A DNA stretch of 64,000 nt. Origin: Alphaproteobacteria bacterium. Its GTDB lineage: Bacteria; Pseudomonadota; Alphaproteobacteria; Bin95. The stretch is taken from contig OZ219785.1 in NCBI GenBank assembly GCA_964291285.2, forward strand, positions 960,001 through 1,024,000, given 5' to 3'. Each line of letters starts with the position of its first letter. Position 1 is the first letter of the stretch. The translations under genes were made by a program, and so were the position numbers. Under the pieces are notes generated by a model. It did not search any database and was not told the DNA's origin. It was given only the letters and a program-made list of their open reading frames with translations. Shown here one piece after another: positions 1 to 13,837 of the stretch.

Positions 1-318
1 GTGTTCCGTCTCGCCGGGGCGGAGCGCGACATCGTGTTCACGGGCGACGCCGCCAAGAACCGCGCGGAGCTCGTCTCCGGCGATGTGGACATGACCTGCG
101 ACGCCGCCGTCTCGCGCGCCTCCATCGGGATGATCCACGGCCTCTGGCGCGCGCGGCCCGGCACGGTGCTGATTCCGGGCCACGACCTGCCGATGGTGCT
201 GGACCGGGACGGCAGGCCCGCCTATCTCGGCCGGCGCGAGGCCGCCATCGACGCCTGGTTCGGCGACGGCATGGACGAGGTGACCCGCTTCCAGCTGACC
301 CTTCAGGAGACGCCATGA
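1..318 (+). CDS. Metallo-beta-lactamase-fold hydrolase (AHL-lactonase-like), 5'-truncated by window edge
   Basis: C-terminal MBL motifs FTGDA and IPGHD; stop overlaps next start. Confidence 0.65.
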   Translation: MFRLAGAERDIVFTGDAAKNRAELVSGDVDMTCDAAVSRASIGMIHGLWRARPGTVLIPGHDLPMVLDRDGRPAYLGRREAAIDAWFGDGMDEVTRFQLTLQETP

Positions 319-1157
319 CCCCGCTCCACCCCGAATTCGGCGTGCGGCTCGAAAGCCGTCCGATCAGCGCTCTCGATATCGACGAGGTGCGCGCGGCCAT
401 CGACCGCTATTCCTTCGTGCATGTGCCGGGCGCGGCGGAGGGAGATGACGCGCATCTCGCCTTCACCCGGAAGCTGGGCGAGCCGGAGCCGAACCATGTC
501 ACGCTCGGCCGGGAGGGGCGGATCGAGTATTTCGGCACCATCGGCAATGTGCTCCCCGACGGCACCGTTGCGGGCAACAGCCACAAGCGCACGATCTTCC
601 AGACCGGCAACAATATGTGGCACTCCGATTCTTCCTTTCGCGCCGTGCCGTCCTTCGTCTCGATCATGTGCGCCTACGAGACCCCGGAGGAGGGCGGGGA
701 GACGCTGTTCGTCAGCCAGCGCGCCGCGTGGGACAGGCTGGAGGAGGACGAGCAGGAACGGCTCGCCCCGCAGGTCTGCATCCACGACTATGTGTTCTCG
801 CGTTCCAAGGTCGCGCCCGACGCGGTGACGCCCTCGCATGCCGCCTCGCTGCCGCCCGTGCGCCAGCGGCTGGTGCGCCGCAACCCGGCGAACGGCGCGC
901 GCAACCTCTATGTCGGCTCGCATGCCCGCGAGATCGAAGGCTGGGCGTTCGAGGACAGCCGGGCGCTGCTGGACGGGCTGGTGGAGGAGATGACGGCCGG
1001 CGAGCATGTGCTGAGCCACCGCTGGCAGCCCGGCGACCTCGTGATCTGGGACAATCGCTGCCTGCTGCACCGGGGCGCGGGCTACGACGCCGACCGCTTC
1101 CGCCGCCGCATGCGCCAGACCCGTGTCACCGGCGCCGGCCCGACGCTGGAGGAGTAG
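315..1157 (+). CDS. TauD/TfdA family Fe(II)/2-oxoglutarate dioxygenase
   Basis: WHSDSSF (HxD) and WDNRCLLHRG motifs; GGAG RBS. Confidence 0.9.
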   Translation: MTPLHPEFGVRLESRPISALDIDEVRAAIDRYSFVHVPGAAEGDDAHLAFTRKLGEPEPNHVTLGREGRIEYFGTIGNVLPDGTVAGNSHKRTIFQTGNNMWHSDSSFRAVPSFVSIMCAYETPEEGGETLFVSQRAAWDRLEEDEQERLAPQVCIHDYVFSRSKVAPDAVTPSHAASLPPVRQRLVRRNPANGARNLYVGSHAREIEGWAFEDSRALLDGLVEEMTAGEHVLSHRWQPGDLVIWDNRCLLHRGAGYDADRFRRRMRQTRVTGAGPTLEE

Positions 1158-1160
1158 CCG

Positions 1161-1664
1161 CTAGCCGGCTCCGTTCCGGTCCTGCCGGGTTCTCGCGAGC
1201 TTTTTCGCGACCTGCCGCTTCTCCCAGCCGTCGCCGAACAGGTTGACGACCTCGAACACGCCCAGGCCGTGGACGGCGAGCCCGACGCCCCAGCCGAACG
1301 CGGCCCATAGGAACCAGAGATAGTCCGGGCCGGTGAAGAGGTTGACGACGGCCAGTCCCGTTATGACGACGGCATACTGGATGGCGTGGGTGTAGAAGGA
1401 CCGGATATCCCGGACATACTCCATGGCCTTCTGTTCGTTTTCGGAGAGGTCCGGGAGGGGGTTGTCGGCGGCGCTTGTCATGTCTTGCCCGTTCCTGAGT
1501 GCGGAGAAGTCGGTTTCCAGAACGGCGGCGAGGCATTTGAGCGTCTCGGCGCTCGCATTCGCGCCGCGCTCGATACGCTGCAGGGTGCGCACGCTGACGC
1601 CCGCCATCGACGCCAGCTGCTCCTGGGAGAGCCCCCGTTCGATGCGCAGCTTCCGGACGATCAT
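1161..1664 (-). CDS. XRE-family HTH regulator fused to a 2TM membrane domain
   Basis: N-terminal LRIERGLSQEQLA..VRTLQRIERG HTH; two hydrophobic helices with W..WG.GLA.H. Confidence 0.85.
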   Translation of the reverse strand: MIVRKLRIERGLSQEQLASMAGVSVRTLQRIERGANASAETLKCLAAVLETDFSALRNGQDMTSAADNPLPDLSENEQKAMEYVRDIRSFYTHAIQYAVVITGLAVVNLFTGPDYLWFLWAAFGWGVGLAVHGLGVFEVVNLFGDGWEKRQVAKKLARTRQDRNGAG

Positions 1665-1722
1665 GGACGTCCCTCCCGCCGTTCGTGAGGACTGCTATGG
1701 CCTTTCCGCGCGCCGATGGCCA

Positions 1723-1749
1723 CGACAGGAACCCGACATTTCCGCGACA
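1723..1749. promoter_or_regulatory. Three CGACA direct repeats at 11-bp period upstream of the XRE-2TM gene (candidate operator)
   Basis: cgaca at 1723, 1734 and 1745. Confidence 0.35.
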
Positions 1750-1783
1750 GGGAGGCCCGCGCCCGCGAAACCCGGGAGCGGGG

Positions 1784-2617
1784 TTACGCCGGCGGGGCCG
1801 CCCAGGCGACGCCTTCGTGGCCCGGCACGAAGGCGTTGTTGGTGACCGCCGGGTTGCGGTTGACCAGCGGGCGCCCGTAGATCGGGTGGGTCATCGAGCG
1901 CACCTCATGCTCGATGCGGAACACCGGCTCGGCCGTTCCCGGATCGACGATGTCGAGGAAGCGGTACTGCCATTGGTTGCTTTCCTCGGACACCAGGCCG
2001 CGCTCGTCGAGCCAGCGGTGCGGGCCGGAAAAGTCGGCGACATAGATCGCGATATGGTGGCCGTCATAGTCGGGCTGCGCCTCGGCGGTCTCGACGAAGC
2101 GCAACTCCTGTCCGCGCCCCACCGAGGCATGGGCCACGCCGTCCCCGTCCACCCAGGCCGGCGTTCCCCAGACTTCCCGGTAGAAGGCGGCCGCGGCTTC
2201 CGCAGCGCCCTCGGGCACGTCGAAGGCGACATAGTCCATGGCGAGCGTCCGCCCCGAGCGCGGCCCGTGGATGCGGATGCGGTTGCCCCAGGGGCAGGCC
2301 GTGTCGATATGCCCGCCCTCCCGCTCGCCGGGCACGCCGGCGGCGTCGAGACGGGCCTCCAGCGCATCGAGGTCCGGCATGACCAGGCCTGTCCGGCCCC
2401 GGAGGCGCTGCGGCTCGCCGACCGGCAGGTGGAACTGGCTCTGCCCGACATTGATCCACATATTGTTCGTGCCGGTGACCAGGTAGGGGTCGCGCGTCAG
2501 CCCGAGCGCGGTGACGTAGAAGTCCGTCGCGCGCACCTGGTCCGGCACCCGGACATTGACATGCTCCAGCGCGACGATATTGCCGACATCCTCGCCGGCG
2601 CGGTCGAATTGCCTCAT
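1784..2617 (-). CDS. VOC/glyoxalase-like protein (two-domain)
   Basis: LEHVNVRVPD..FY..LGL and GHHIAIY motifs; start set at MRQFD within the longer ORF. Confidence 0.75.
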   Translation of the reverse strand: MRQFDRAGEDVGNIVALEHVNVRVPDQVRATDFYVTALGLTRDPYLVTGTNNMWINVGQSQFHLPVGEPQRLRGRTGLVMPDLDALEARLDAAGVPGEREGGHIDTACPWGNRIRIHGPRSGRTLAMDYVAFDVPEGAAEAAAAFYREVWGTPAWVDGDGVAHASVGRGQELRFVETAEAQPDYDGHHIAIYVADFSGPHRWLDERGLVSEESNQWQYRFLDIVDPGTAEPVFRIEHEVRSMTHPIYGRPLVNRNPAVTNNAFVPGHEGVAWAAPPA

Positions 2618-2697
2618 GGCGCGGGCCCTTTCCCGGTCGGTTGCAATGCGGGCGCCGGCCTGCACGGCGAGGCCCGCTTCAGCGAGGCGGGACGGCC

Positions 2698-4395
2698 TCA
2701 GCCGTTTCCGCCCGCCGCCTCGCGCTTTGCTGCCTCTTCGGCGACCAGCTCCTTCTTGGAGAGCTTGCCGATCATCGTCTTGGGCAGCTCGTCGCGGAAC
2801 TCGATGTGCTTCGGCTGCTCGTGGCGGCCGAGCTTGTCGCCGAGGAACTCCCGCAGCCCGTCCGCGTCCAGCGCCTGGCCCTCGCCGAGCTTGACGAACG
2901 CCTTGACCGCCTCGCCCGTATAGTCGTCCGGCACGCCGATGACGGTGACCTCCTCGACCGCGGGATGGCGGTAGATCGCCTCCTCGACATTGCGCGGGAA
3001 GACGTTGTAGCCGCTCACCAGCACGAGGTCCTTCTTGCGGTCGATGATGAACAGGTAGCCGTCCTCGTCCAGGTGCCCGACATCGCCCGTGCGCAGCCGG
3101 CCTTCGACAATGGTCTCGGCGGTCGCATCCTCGCGGCGCCAGTAGCCCTTCATCACCTGCGGGCCGGAGATGCAGATCTCCCCGTCCTCGCCCTGCGCCA
3201 GCACCTTCAGCGGGTCCTCCTTGTCGACGATGGTGATCGTCGTGCCGGGCACGGGCAGGCCGACCGAGCTTTCCTTGTTGACGCCGTCGAAGGGGTTGGA
3301 CGCGGCGATCGGCGCGGACTCCGTCAGCCCGTAGCCCTCGACCAGCTTGCACCCCGAGAGCTCCTCGAAGCGCCGCTTGATCTCCAGCGGCAGCGGCGCG
3401 CCGCCCGACATGCAGGTCTTGATCGAGGTGAGGTCGAAGCTGTCGAGCTTCGGGTGGTTGACGATGGCGGTGTACATGGTCGGCACGCCGGGAAAGAGCG
3501 TCGGCTTCTTCTTCGTCACGTCCTGCAGGACGGGATCGAGCTCGAAGCGCGGGCGCATGACGATCGAGCCGCCGACGGCGATGGTGAAGTTCATCACCAC
3601 CGACATCGCGAACACGTGGAAGAAGGGCAGCACGCCCATCATGCGCTCGCGGCCGTGCTCCACGTCCGGGTTCCAGAGCAGCGCCTGGTGGATGTTGGCG
3701 TGCAGGTTGGCGTGGGTGAGCATCGCGCCCTTCGGCACCCCGGTCGTGCCGCCGGTATATTGGAAGACGGCGACGTCCTCGCGCGGGTCGATTGCCGGCG
3801 GCTCGCCGCCGCCGTCATTGTCGAGCAGCCCCCGGAAGGCCATATGCTCCCCGTCGTCCGGCACCTTCGCAAGCTCGCTGCGCTTCAGCAGCGGGAAGAG
3901 CAGGTTCTTCGGGAAGGGCAGCACGTCCTGGAGCTGGCCGACGACCAGCCTGCGGATGCGCGTCTTCTTCAGCAGCGCCGCCATCTTGGGATAGAGCGCC
4001 GCGAGGCCGAGCGTCACCATGATGTCGGTCTCGGAGTCCTCGATCTGGTAGGCGAGTTCCTCCTCCGAATAGAGCGGGCTGTAGTTCACCACCGTGCCGC
4101 CCGCCTTGAGGATGCCGAAGAAGGCGACGACGAATTGCGGGCAGTTCGGCAGGAAGAGGCCGACCTTGACGCCCTTCTCCACGCCCAGCGCGCGGAACCC
4201 GGCGGCGGCGCGGTCCACCATCGCCCCGAGTTCGGCGTAGCTGTACGTCTTGCCGAGGAAGTCCATCGCCTCGTTCTGCGGGAAGCGCCGGACGGATCCG
4301 TCCAGGATCGCGAAGAGCGGCCCTTCCGGGATCTCCGCGTCCCACTTCACATGGTCGGGGTAGCTCGCGAGCCACGGATGCCGGTCGCCTGCCAT
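2698..4395 (-). CDS. Long-chain fatty acid-CoA ligase
   Basis: YTGGTTGVPKG, EGYGLTE, TGDVG, DRKKD motifs. Confidence 0.92.
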   Translation of the reverse strand: MAGDRHPWLASYPDHVKWDAEIPEGPLFAILDGSVRRFPQNEAMDFLGKTYSYAELGAMVDRAAAGFRALGVEKGVKVGLFLPNCPQFVVAFFGILKAGGTVVNYSPLYSEEELAYQIEDSETDIMVTLGLAALYPKMAALLKKTRIRRLVVGQLQDVLPFPKNLLFPLLKRSELAKVPDDGEHMAFRGLLDNDGGGEPPAIDPREDVAVFQYTGGTTGVPKGAMLTHANLHANIHQALLWNPDVEHGRERMMGVLPFFHVFAMSVVMNFTIAVGGSIVMRPRFELDPVLQDVTKKKPTLFPGVPTMYTAIVNHPKLDSFDLTSIKTCMSGGAPLPLEIKRRFEELSGCKLVEGYGLTESAPIAASNPFDGVNKESSVGLPVPGTTITIVDKEDPLKVLAQGEDGEICISGPQVMKGYWRREDATAETIVEGRLRTGDVGHLDEDGYLFIIDRKKDLVLVSGYNVFPRNVEEAIYRHPAVEEVTVIGVPDDYTGEAVKAFVKLGEGQALDADGLREFLGDKLGRHEQPKHIEFRDELPKTMIGKLSKKELVAEEAAKREAAGGNG

Positions 4396-4476
4396 GTTCT
4401 CTCTCCCCGGCGGCTGTGGAAAAGGCTCCGCGATGTTAGCCCGGTGCCCGCCGCTTGTCATGCCGCCCAGCCGGGA

Positions 4477-5310
4477 TCACCGCCGCATGTAGCCGGCGAC
4501 CTCCGGGGACGACATGACCTCGTCGACATAGGAGAAAGTGCCCTTCTCCGTCACCTCGGCAACCGCCGCGACGACGCCGCTCATCGCCGCCCGGTACAAC
4601 GACGTCGCGAGGCTGATGCGCCGCACGCCTGCCGCCGCGAGATCGGCCACGGGGAAGGACCTGCCGGCAACGCCCACCATGAAATTGACCGGCTTCGACA
4701 CGGCGCGGCACACCGCGTCGACCGCCGCGATGTCCGGCAATGCCGGCGCCATCAGGACATCGGCCCCGGCGCGCTCGTAGGCCTGCAGCCGGGCGATGAC
4801 CTCGTCGAGGTCCGGAAGGCCGCGGATGAAACATTCGCTCCGCGCCGTCAGCACGAATCGGAAGCCGGCCGACCGGGCGGCCTCGGCCGCCGCGGCGATG
4901 CGTTCCGCGGCCAGGGCGCGGTCGTAGAACGGGTTGGCCATGTCGCCGGTGAAATCCTCGATCGTGCATCCGGCCAGACCCGCTTCGGCCGCCAGCGCCA
5001 CGGTTTTCGCCGCCTCCTCCGGTTCGTGGCCGAAACCGTTCTCCAGATCGGCTGAAACCGGCAGGTCGACCGCCTCAACGACGGCGCGCGCATGGTCCAG
5101 CGCCTCGTCGCGGGTGACCTCGCCGTCGCACCGGCCGAGGGTGCCTGCGAATCCGCCGCTCGTCGTTCCCAGCGCCTCGAATCCCAGGCCGGCCAGGATG
5201 CGGGCCGAGCCGGCATCGAACGCGTTTGCAAGGATGAAGGGCTCTGCGCCCCGGTGCAGGGCGTGGAAGCGCTCGGCCTTTTCGGCCTGGGTGGGCGTGA
5301 CCTCGGGCAT
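4477..5310 (-). CDS. Isocitrate lyase/PEP mutase family protein
   Basis: NAFDAGSAR, PVSADLENGFG, TIED motifs. Confidence 0.88.
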   Translation of the reverse strand: MPEVTPTQAEKAERFHALHRGAEPFILANAFDAGSARILAGLGFEALGTTSGGFAGTLGRCDGEVTRDEALDHARAVVEAVDLPVSADLENGFGHEPEEAAKTVALAAEAGLAGCTIEDFTGDMANPFYDRALAAERIAAAAEAARSAGFRFVLTARSECFIRGLPDLDEVIARLQAYERAGADVLMAPALPDIAAVDAVCRAVSKPVNFMVGVAGRSFPVADLAAAGVRRISLATSLYRAAMSGVVAAVAEVTEKGTFSYVDEVMSSPEVAGYMRR

Positions 5311-5371
5311 GGATGCGGCACTCCCAGCAGAAAACCGGCCCCGGCGATGCTGGGGGTCCGATACCCCTCTG

Positions 5372-7084
<1,713 letters not shown>

Positions 7085-7246
7085 ATCATGTGCTCCGGCA
7101 TGTGCTCCGGTCCGGGGGCCGGTTGCCCGGCGAGTGTATCCCCGCGCCGGCGAAAATGCTGCCGCATTCATCGGGCCGGCTGGGGATGGCGGCCGCCCGC
7201 ATTTCGGCCTCGCGCCGGCCGCCGGGACAGGAACACCGGTCGAACA

Positions 7247-7710
7247 TGTCATGGGATGTCATGTTTTGTCATGCGGGCCCGGCAGGACCCCCCTGCGATA
7301 TGTCATGAGATGTCATGATCCGCATGCGCAGGGCGCATACCCTGCATCCCGTTCGGGCATGGGCTCCGGATATTCCATCCGGTTTCCCCGGCTTCGCGTC
7401 GTCGGCATGGGCCTGTCCTTTCGATCCGTCTCCATTCCATTCTTCCCGCCTTCCGGTTGCCGGAGCGGCGGGACCCTGTTTCGCGCGTATCGCGGGCGGG
7501 CGCGGGCGCGCGTCGGCGCCGGCGCGGTTCGCGCGCCTGATTGCGCGCGCGAGGCAGAGGGCGCACTTCTCCCGTGCGTTTCACAGGGGTTTTCGAAAAT
7601 GGCGCCGTCCGGCCGCGCGGCGCCGGAGAAACGGCTCCGGACACCGCTTCTCCCGGCTTCATATAAGCTTATTTTCCCCGATGTCAAGCGATTTCAGAAA
7701 CAAAAAGTAA
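7247..7710. repeat. Dispersed intergenic element, copy 1 (TGTCATG 10-bp-period repeats plus conserved blocks)
   Basis: Colinear sequence blocks shared with 29789-30245; boundaries approximate. Confidence 0.75.
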
Positions 7711-7806
7711 AAACACCAGAAATTTTTCATGCCGCCAGGACGCTCGACCGAGGACCCGTACCGGCGGTCGTCGATCGGAACCCGTGCCGATTACCTCCGG
7801 GCCGCC

Positions 7807-7850
7807 CTCAGAAGCGGTAGAACAGGGCATCCAGTTCCTCCGGGCCCTTT
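7807..7850. repeat. Duplicate of the asparaginase 3' end flanking the PIN island (22-bp exact core)
   Basis: ctcagaagcggtagaacagggc at 7807-7828 and 9222-9243, with degenerate extension to about 44 bp. Confidence 0.8.
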
Positions 7851-7853
7851 GGT

Positions 7854-9044
7854 TCACTCGACCAGCGGTCCCTCGTCATAGGGCCAGTAATCTTCCGGTT
7901 CAAAGACGTCGATCTCGCCAAGATCAATGTCATAGTCTTTGGTGCTAATCTCAACATCTACAAATGTAATATTTTCCTCTTCGGCTCCCTGATCTTGGAC
8001 ATAAACGGTGATAATTGCCTCAGTATCTATCTCTTCGCTAATCTCTATTGTCCGCCCTCCCATAGATACGTATTCCTTATCAACGCTATCCCAGAACAAA
8101 AAATTTATTTCAATTGGAATTTTCACAATTAGGACTAACGGCAAGCTCACGACCAGTCTAAGGTCTTCCTTTTCCGCCCGAGATTCGAATTCGATAATGT
8201 CTATCTGGTCTTCAAGTGGCAAAGCGACGCTCTCAAGCTCCCCTGCCCACACATGCAACTCGCATTCACCGATGGACGGGATGGCATTTGCTCTGATTTC
8301 GATTAACTCCACACTGCTGGCCAAATGCGATCTTAACTTCAAGGGTTCGTTGGCTTCATCCTCGAGCCAACCAAGAATGGACTTCCTCAAAACCGGCGGT
8401 GCATTAGCTACAAGGGCGAGTGCTCGTTCAATGTCTCGTACGAGATAAAGTCGCTCTGAACTGCTACAAAATTTACTCCAATCACCATCCTTTGAGACCA
8501 CTAAAATCCCGAGACTGTGGTCCATTGCTGTGCGTTCAAGAGCCTTGAGAGCAAGCGCATCAGGAAATTCGTTCTTCTTCTTACCGGTCCCGAATGGAGG
8601 TTGCCCCGAAAAGTAATCTTCGAAGAGCGTTGCGGTATCTACAAGCTCTCTATCGTTCAATATCTCGCAATTTGCATCTTTTATATAATTGTCAAACTGC
8701 TCCTGCGCTGCTTGTTCTGGAGTACGACCTTTTGTTATCGTGTCCAAGATTTCATCTCTAGTAGGCTCCTTGGCTTCAAATGCTCGAAGCGCGAGATCGA
8801 CTCCATTATTTGCCGACTTCAATGCTTGAAAAACAGCATCCCTCAGGTGGTTAACCACCTCTATAGCGACAGTATCGGATAGCATAAAGCGGAATCCACG
8901 ATCACTTAGACGAGTGAGTGCTTGAAGCGTTCCAGAGTTAAGTTGCAGCTTCTTTTCATCAAATATGCATGTGTCTATCGTAAGGACATTAATGTTGCCT
9001 GCGGCGAGTCTAGTGCGAAGTTCGTTCTCACTAAGTATTGGCAT
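7854..9044 (-). CDS. PIN-domain protein (DUF4935/PIN_12-like), horizontally acquired
   Basis: IDTCIF, KKNEFPDA, VVSKDGDW motifs; much lower GC than its surroundings; acidic C-terminus. Confidence 0.8.
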   Translation of the reverse strand: MPILSENELRTRLAAGNINVLTIDTCIFDEKKLQLNSGTLQALTRLSDRGFRFMLSDTVAIEVVNHLRDAVFQALKSANNGVDLALRAFEAKEPTRDEILDTITKGRTPEQAAQEQFDNYIKDANCEILNDRELVDTATLFEDYFSGQPPFGTGKKKNEFPDALALKALERTAMDHSLGILVVSKDGDWSKFCSSSERLYLVRDIERALALVANAPPVLRKSILGWLEDEANEPLKLRSHLASSVELIEIRANAIPSIGECELHVWAGELESVALPLEDQIDIIEFESRAEKEDLRLVVSLPLVLIVKIPIEINFLFWDSVDKEYVSMGGRTIEISEEIDTEAIITVYVQDQGAEEENITFVDVEISTKDYDIDLGEIDVFEPEDYWPYDEGPLVE

Positions 9045-9222
9045 GTGTATGGCCCATCAATTGAAGTTGGGTGGCCAACTAAGATACGAAGGCCGTTTGA
9101 AGGTAATGCAACTTAAACTCTCTTTGGTCGCCGGCCGAATGTCTGCCGGTTCATTCATCCTCGTTCGCACTGTCCGTCTTAGCAACAAGTCGGTGTTCCC
9201 GGTGCAAGGCGGTGCGCCGCGC

Positions 9223-10218
9223 TCAGAAGCGGTAGAACAGGGCCTGCAGTTCTTCGGGGTCCTTCGTCTTCGCGAGGCCGAGCATGAGGAGGATGCGGGC
9301 CTTCTGGACGGTGAGGTTGTCGGCCAGCACCGTGCCCTTCGGCCGGCGGCGCTCCAGCGGCACGAGGCGCCCGGCGCCGGCGCGGGTGCCCATGACGAAG
9401 ACCACGCCGCGCGCCATCACCTCTTCCATGACCTCGTGTTCCTCGGGCGTCGGGTTGCCGGGGGCGAGCGCCGCCATGACGATGCCCTCCGCGCCGAGAT
9501 CGGCCATGGCGCGCAGCACCGCGCCGTCCGAGCCGCCGTAGGAATAGGCGACCTCGACGCGCGGGAAGCGCGCCGGCAGGCCGAGTTCGCGCGCGGCCGC
9601 CGGCGCATGGACGCGCACCGGCCGGCGGTAGATCGCGACCCGGTCCTCGTCGGCATGGCCGAGCACGCCGAAATCGGGCGCCTTGAAGGTCTGCGCGCGG
9701 GCGCTGTGCGTCTTGGTGACCTCGCGCGCGGCGTGGATCTCGTCGTTGAGCACCGTCAGCACGCCCATGCCGCGCGCTTCCGGCGCGCCGGCGACGCGCA
9801 CCGCGTTCAGGAGGTTGAGGAAGGCGTCGGTCGAGAGCCCCGAGGCCGGGCGCTGCGCCCCCACCAGCACCACCGTCTTCTCCGTCTCGACCGTGAGGTT
9901 GAGGAAATAGGCGGTCTCTTCCAGCGTCGCCGTGCCGTGGGTGATGGCGATGCCGTCCACTTCCGGGCGGGCGGCGGTCTCGTGGACGATGGCGAGCAGC
10001 TCCGGCCAGACGGCGGGGCCCATCGCGGTCGAAGGAATGGCGCGGAACGGCACCGGCACGATCTCCGCCACCCGGTCGAGTTCCGGCACCCTGGCGATCA
10101 GGTCCCCGACCTCCATCACCGTGGCATGGTCCACATAGGTGGCGAGTTCGAGGCTGTGGTGCCCCAGCGAGGAAATCGTGCCGCCGGTGCCGATCACCGC
10201 GACGGTCGGGCGCGCCAT
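9223..10218 (-). CDS. L-asparaginase family protein
   Basis: GTGGTIS, ITHGTATLEETA, GAQRP motifs. Confidence 0.92.
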   Translation of the reverse strand: MARPTVAVIGTGGTISSLGHHSLELATYVDHATVMEVGDLIARVPELDRVAEIVPVPFRAIPSTAMGPAVWPELLAIVHETAARPEVDGIAITHGTATLEETAYFLNLTVETEKTVVLVGAQRPASGLSTDAFLNLLNAVRVAGAPEARGMGVLTVLNDEIHAAREVTKTHSARAQTFKAPDFGVLGHADEDRVAIYRRPVRVHAPAAARELGLPARFPRVEVAYSYGGSDGAVLRAMADLGAEGIVMAALAPGNPTPEEHEVMEEVMARGVVFVMGTRAGAGRLVPLERRRPKGTVLADNLTVQKARILLMLGLAKTKDPEELQALFYRF

Positions 10219-10238
10219 GTGCTTGCCTCCCTGTCAGG

Positions 10239-12908
<2,670 letters not shown>

Positions 12909-13042
12909 GATGCGAAAGCCTCCAGACTGCCGAAATCCACGCAGGCCGGGGTTTACACCCGAATGCGGGGGCAAGCAAAGGGCCGGGGGGCAAAGCGGGT
13001 TCGGGCGGGACGGCGCTTGCAGGCGGCGCATCCTGTTGGCGA

Positions 13043-13060
13043 TATAGCAAACATGCTATA
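13043..13060. promoter_or_regulatory. Palindromic operator of the TA operon
   Basis: Perfect inverted repeat tatagca-aaca-tgctata just upstream of the toxin start. Confidence 0.65.
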
Positions 13061-13071
13061 AAGGACGTGCC

Positions 13072-13398
13072 ATGGAATGGACCGTGGAAACCCTCAACGG
13101 GACCGTGGACGACGAATTGCGCGCGTTGCCCGCCGACATGCGCGCGCGGTTCGTCCGAATCTGCGGGCTGATTACCGCCGTCGGCCTCGAACGCATGGGC
13201 GCGCCGCATGTCAGGCATCTCACAGGGCCGCTTTGGGAGATGCGAATGACCGGCCGGGACGGGATATCGAGGGCGCTCTATGTCACGGTTCGGGACAGAC
13301 GGGTGGTGGTCGTGCGGGTATTCGTGAAGAAGACCCGGCGAACGCCGGACCGGGAGATTGCATTGGCGCTGCGGCGCGCCGGGGAGATACTGGAATGA
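13072..13398 (+). CDS. Type II TA toxin, RelE/ParE superfamily (HigB/Gp49-like)
   Basis: PHVRHL.G.LWEMR, RALY, FVKKTRRTP motifs. Confidence 0.88.
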   Translation: MEWTVETLNGTVDDELRALPADMRARFVRICGLITAVGLERMGAPHVRHLTGPLWEMRMTGRDGISRALYVTVRDRRVVVVRVFVKKTRRTPDREIALALRRAGEILE

Positions 13399-13688
13399 CC
13401 GAGATATCGGAACTCCACAGGGAGTGGAGCGCGGACCCGGAATACCGGGAAGCGTATGAGCGTCTCGCCCCGGAGTTTGCGTTGGCGCGCACGCTCATCG
13501 AGGCCCGCCGGGATGCGGGACTGACCCAGGCCCAATTGGCCGACCGCATGGAAACGACCCAGTCGGTTGTAGCCCGCCTTGAGAGCGGGCGCATCAACCC
13601 GTCCACCCGGACGCTGGAAAAGGTCGCCATGGCGACGGGCACCCGGCTGCGAATCAGTTTCGAGCGGATAAAAATGCAGGCCGGCTGA
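13395..13688 (+). CDS. Type II TA antitoxin, XRE HTH (HigA-like)
   Basis: GLTQAQLA..TTQSVVARLESG..PS..TL; ATGA overlap with toxin. Confidence 0.88.
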   Translation: MTEISELHREWSADPEYREAYERLAPEFALARTLIEARRDAGLTQAQLADRMETTQSVVARLESGRINPSTRTLEKVAMATGTRLRISFERIKMQAG

Positions 13689-13837
13689 TGGCCTTCCCCG
13701 GCACCTACACCCCGCCTGCCAAACGAGGCCCCACCTCCAAGCCGCCGACACCCCGGAATGCAATTGCGTCCCGCCGATTGCGGTTGGGTCTTGGCAGCCG
13801 TTTGACATGCAGTCTGTGCCGATAGGAGTATCTATCC

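Noticed and set aside
1784-3352. 522-aa N-terminally extended VOC protein; likewise the long N-extensions of ORFs 38570-41068, 41315-43198 and 21770-23974
   Set aside because: The extensions overlap upstream genes in other frames; downstream starts at family-typical N-termini, several with clear RBSs, are better.
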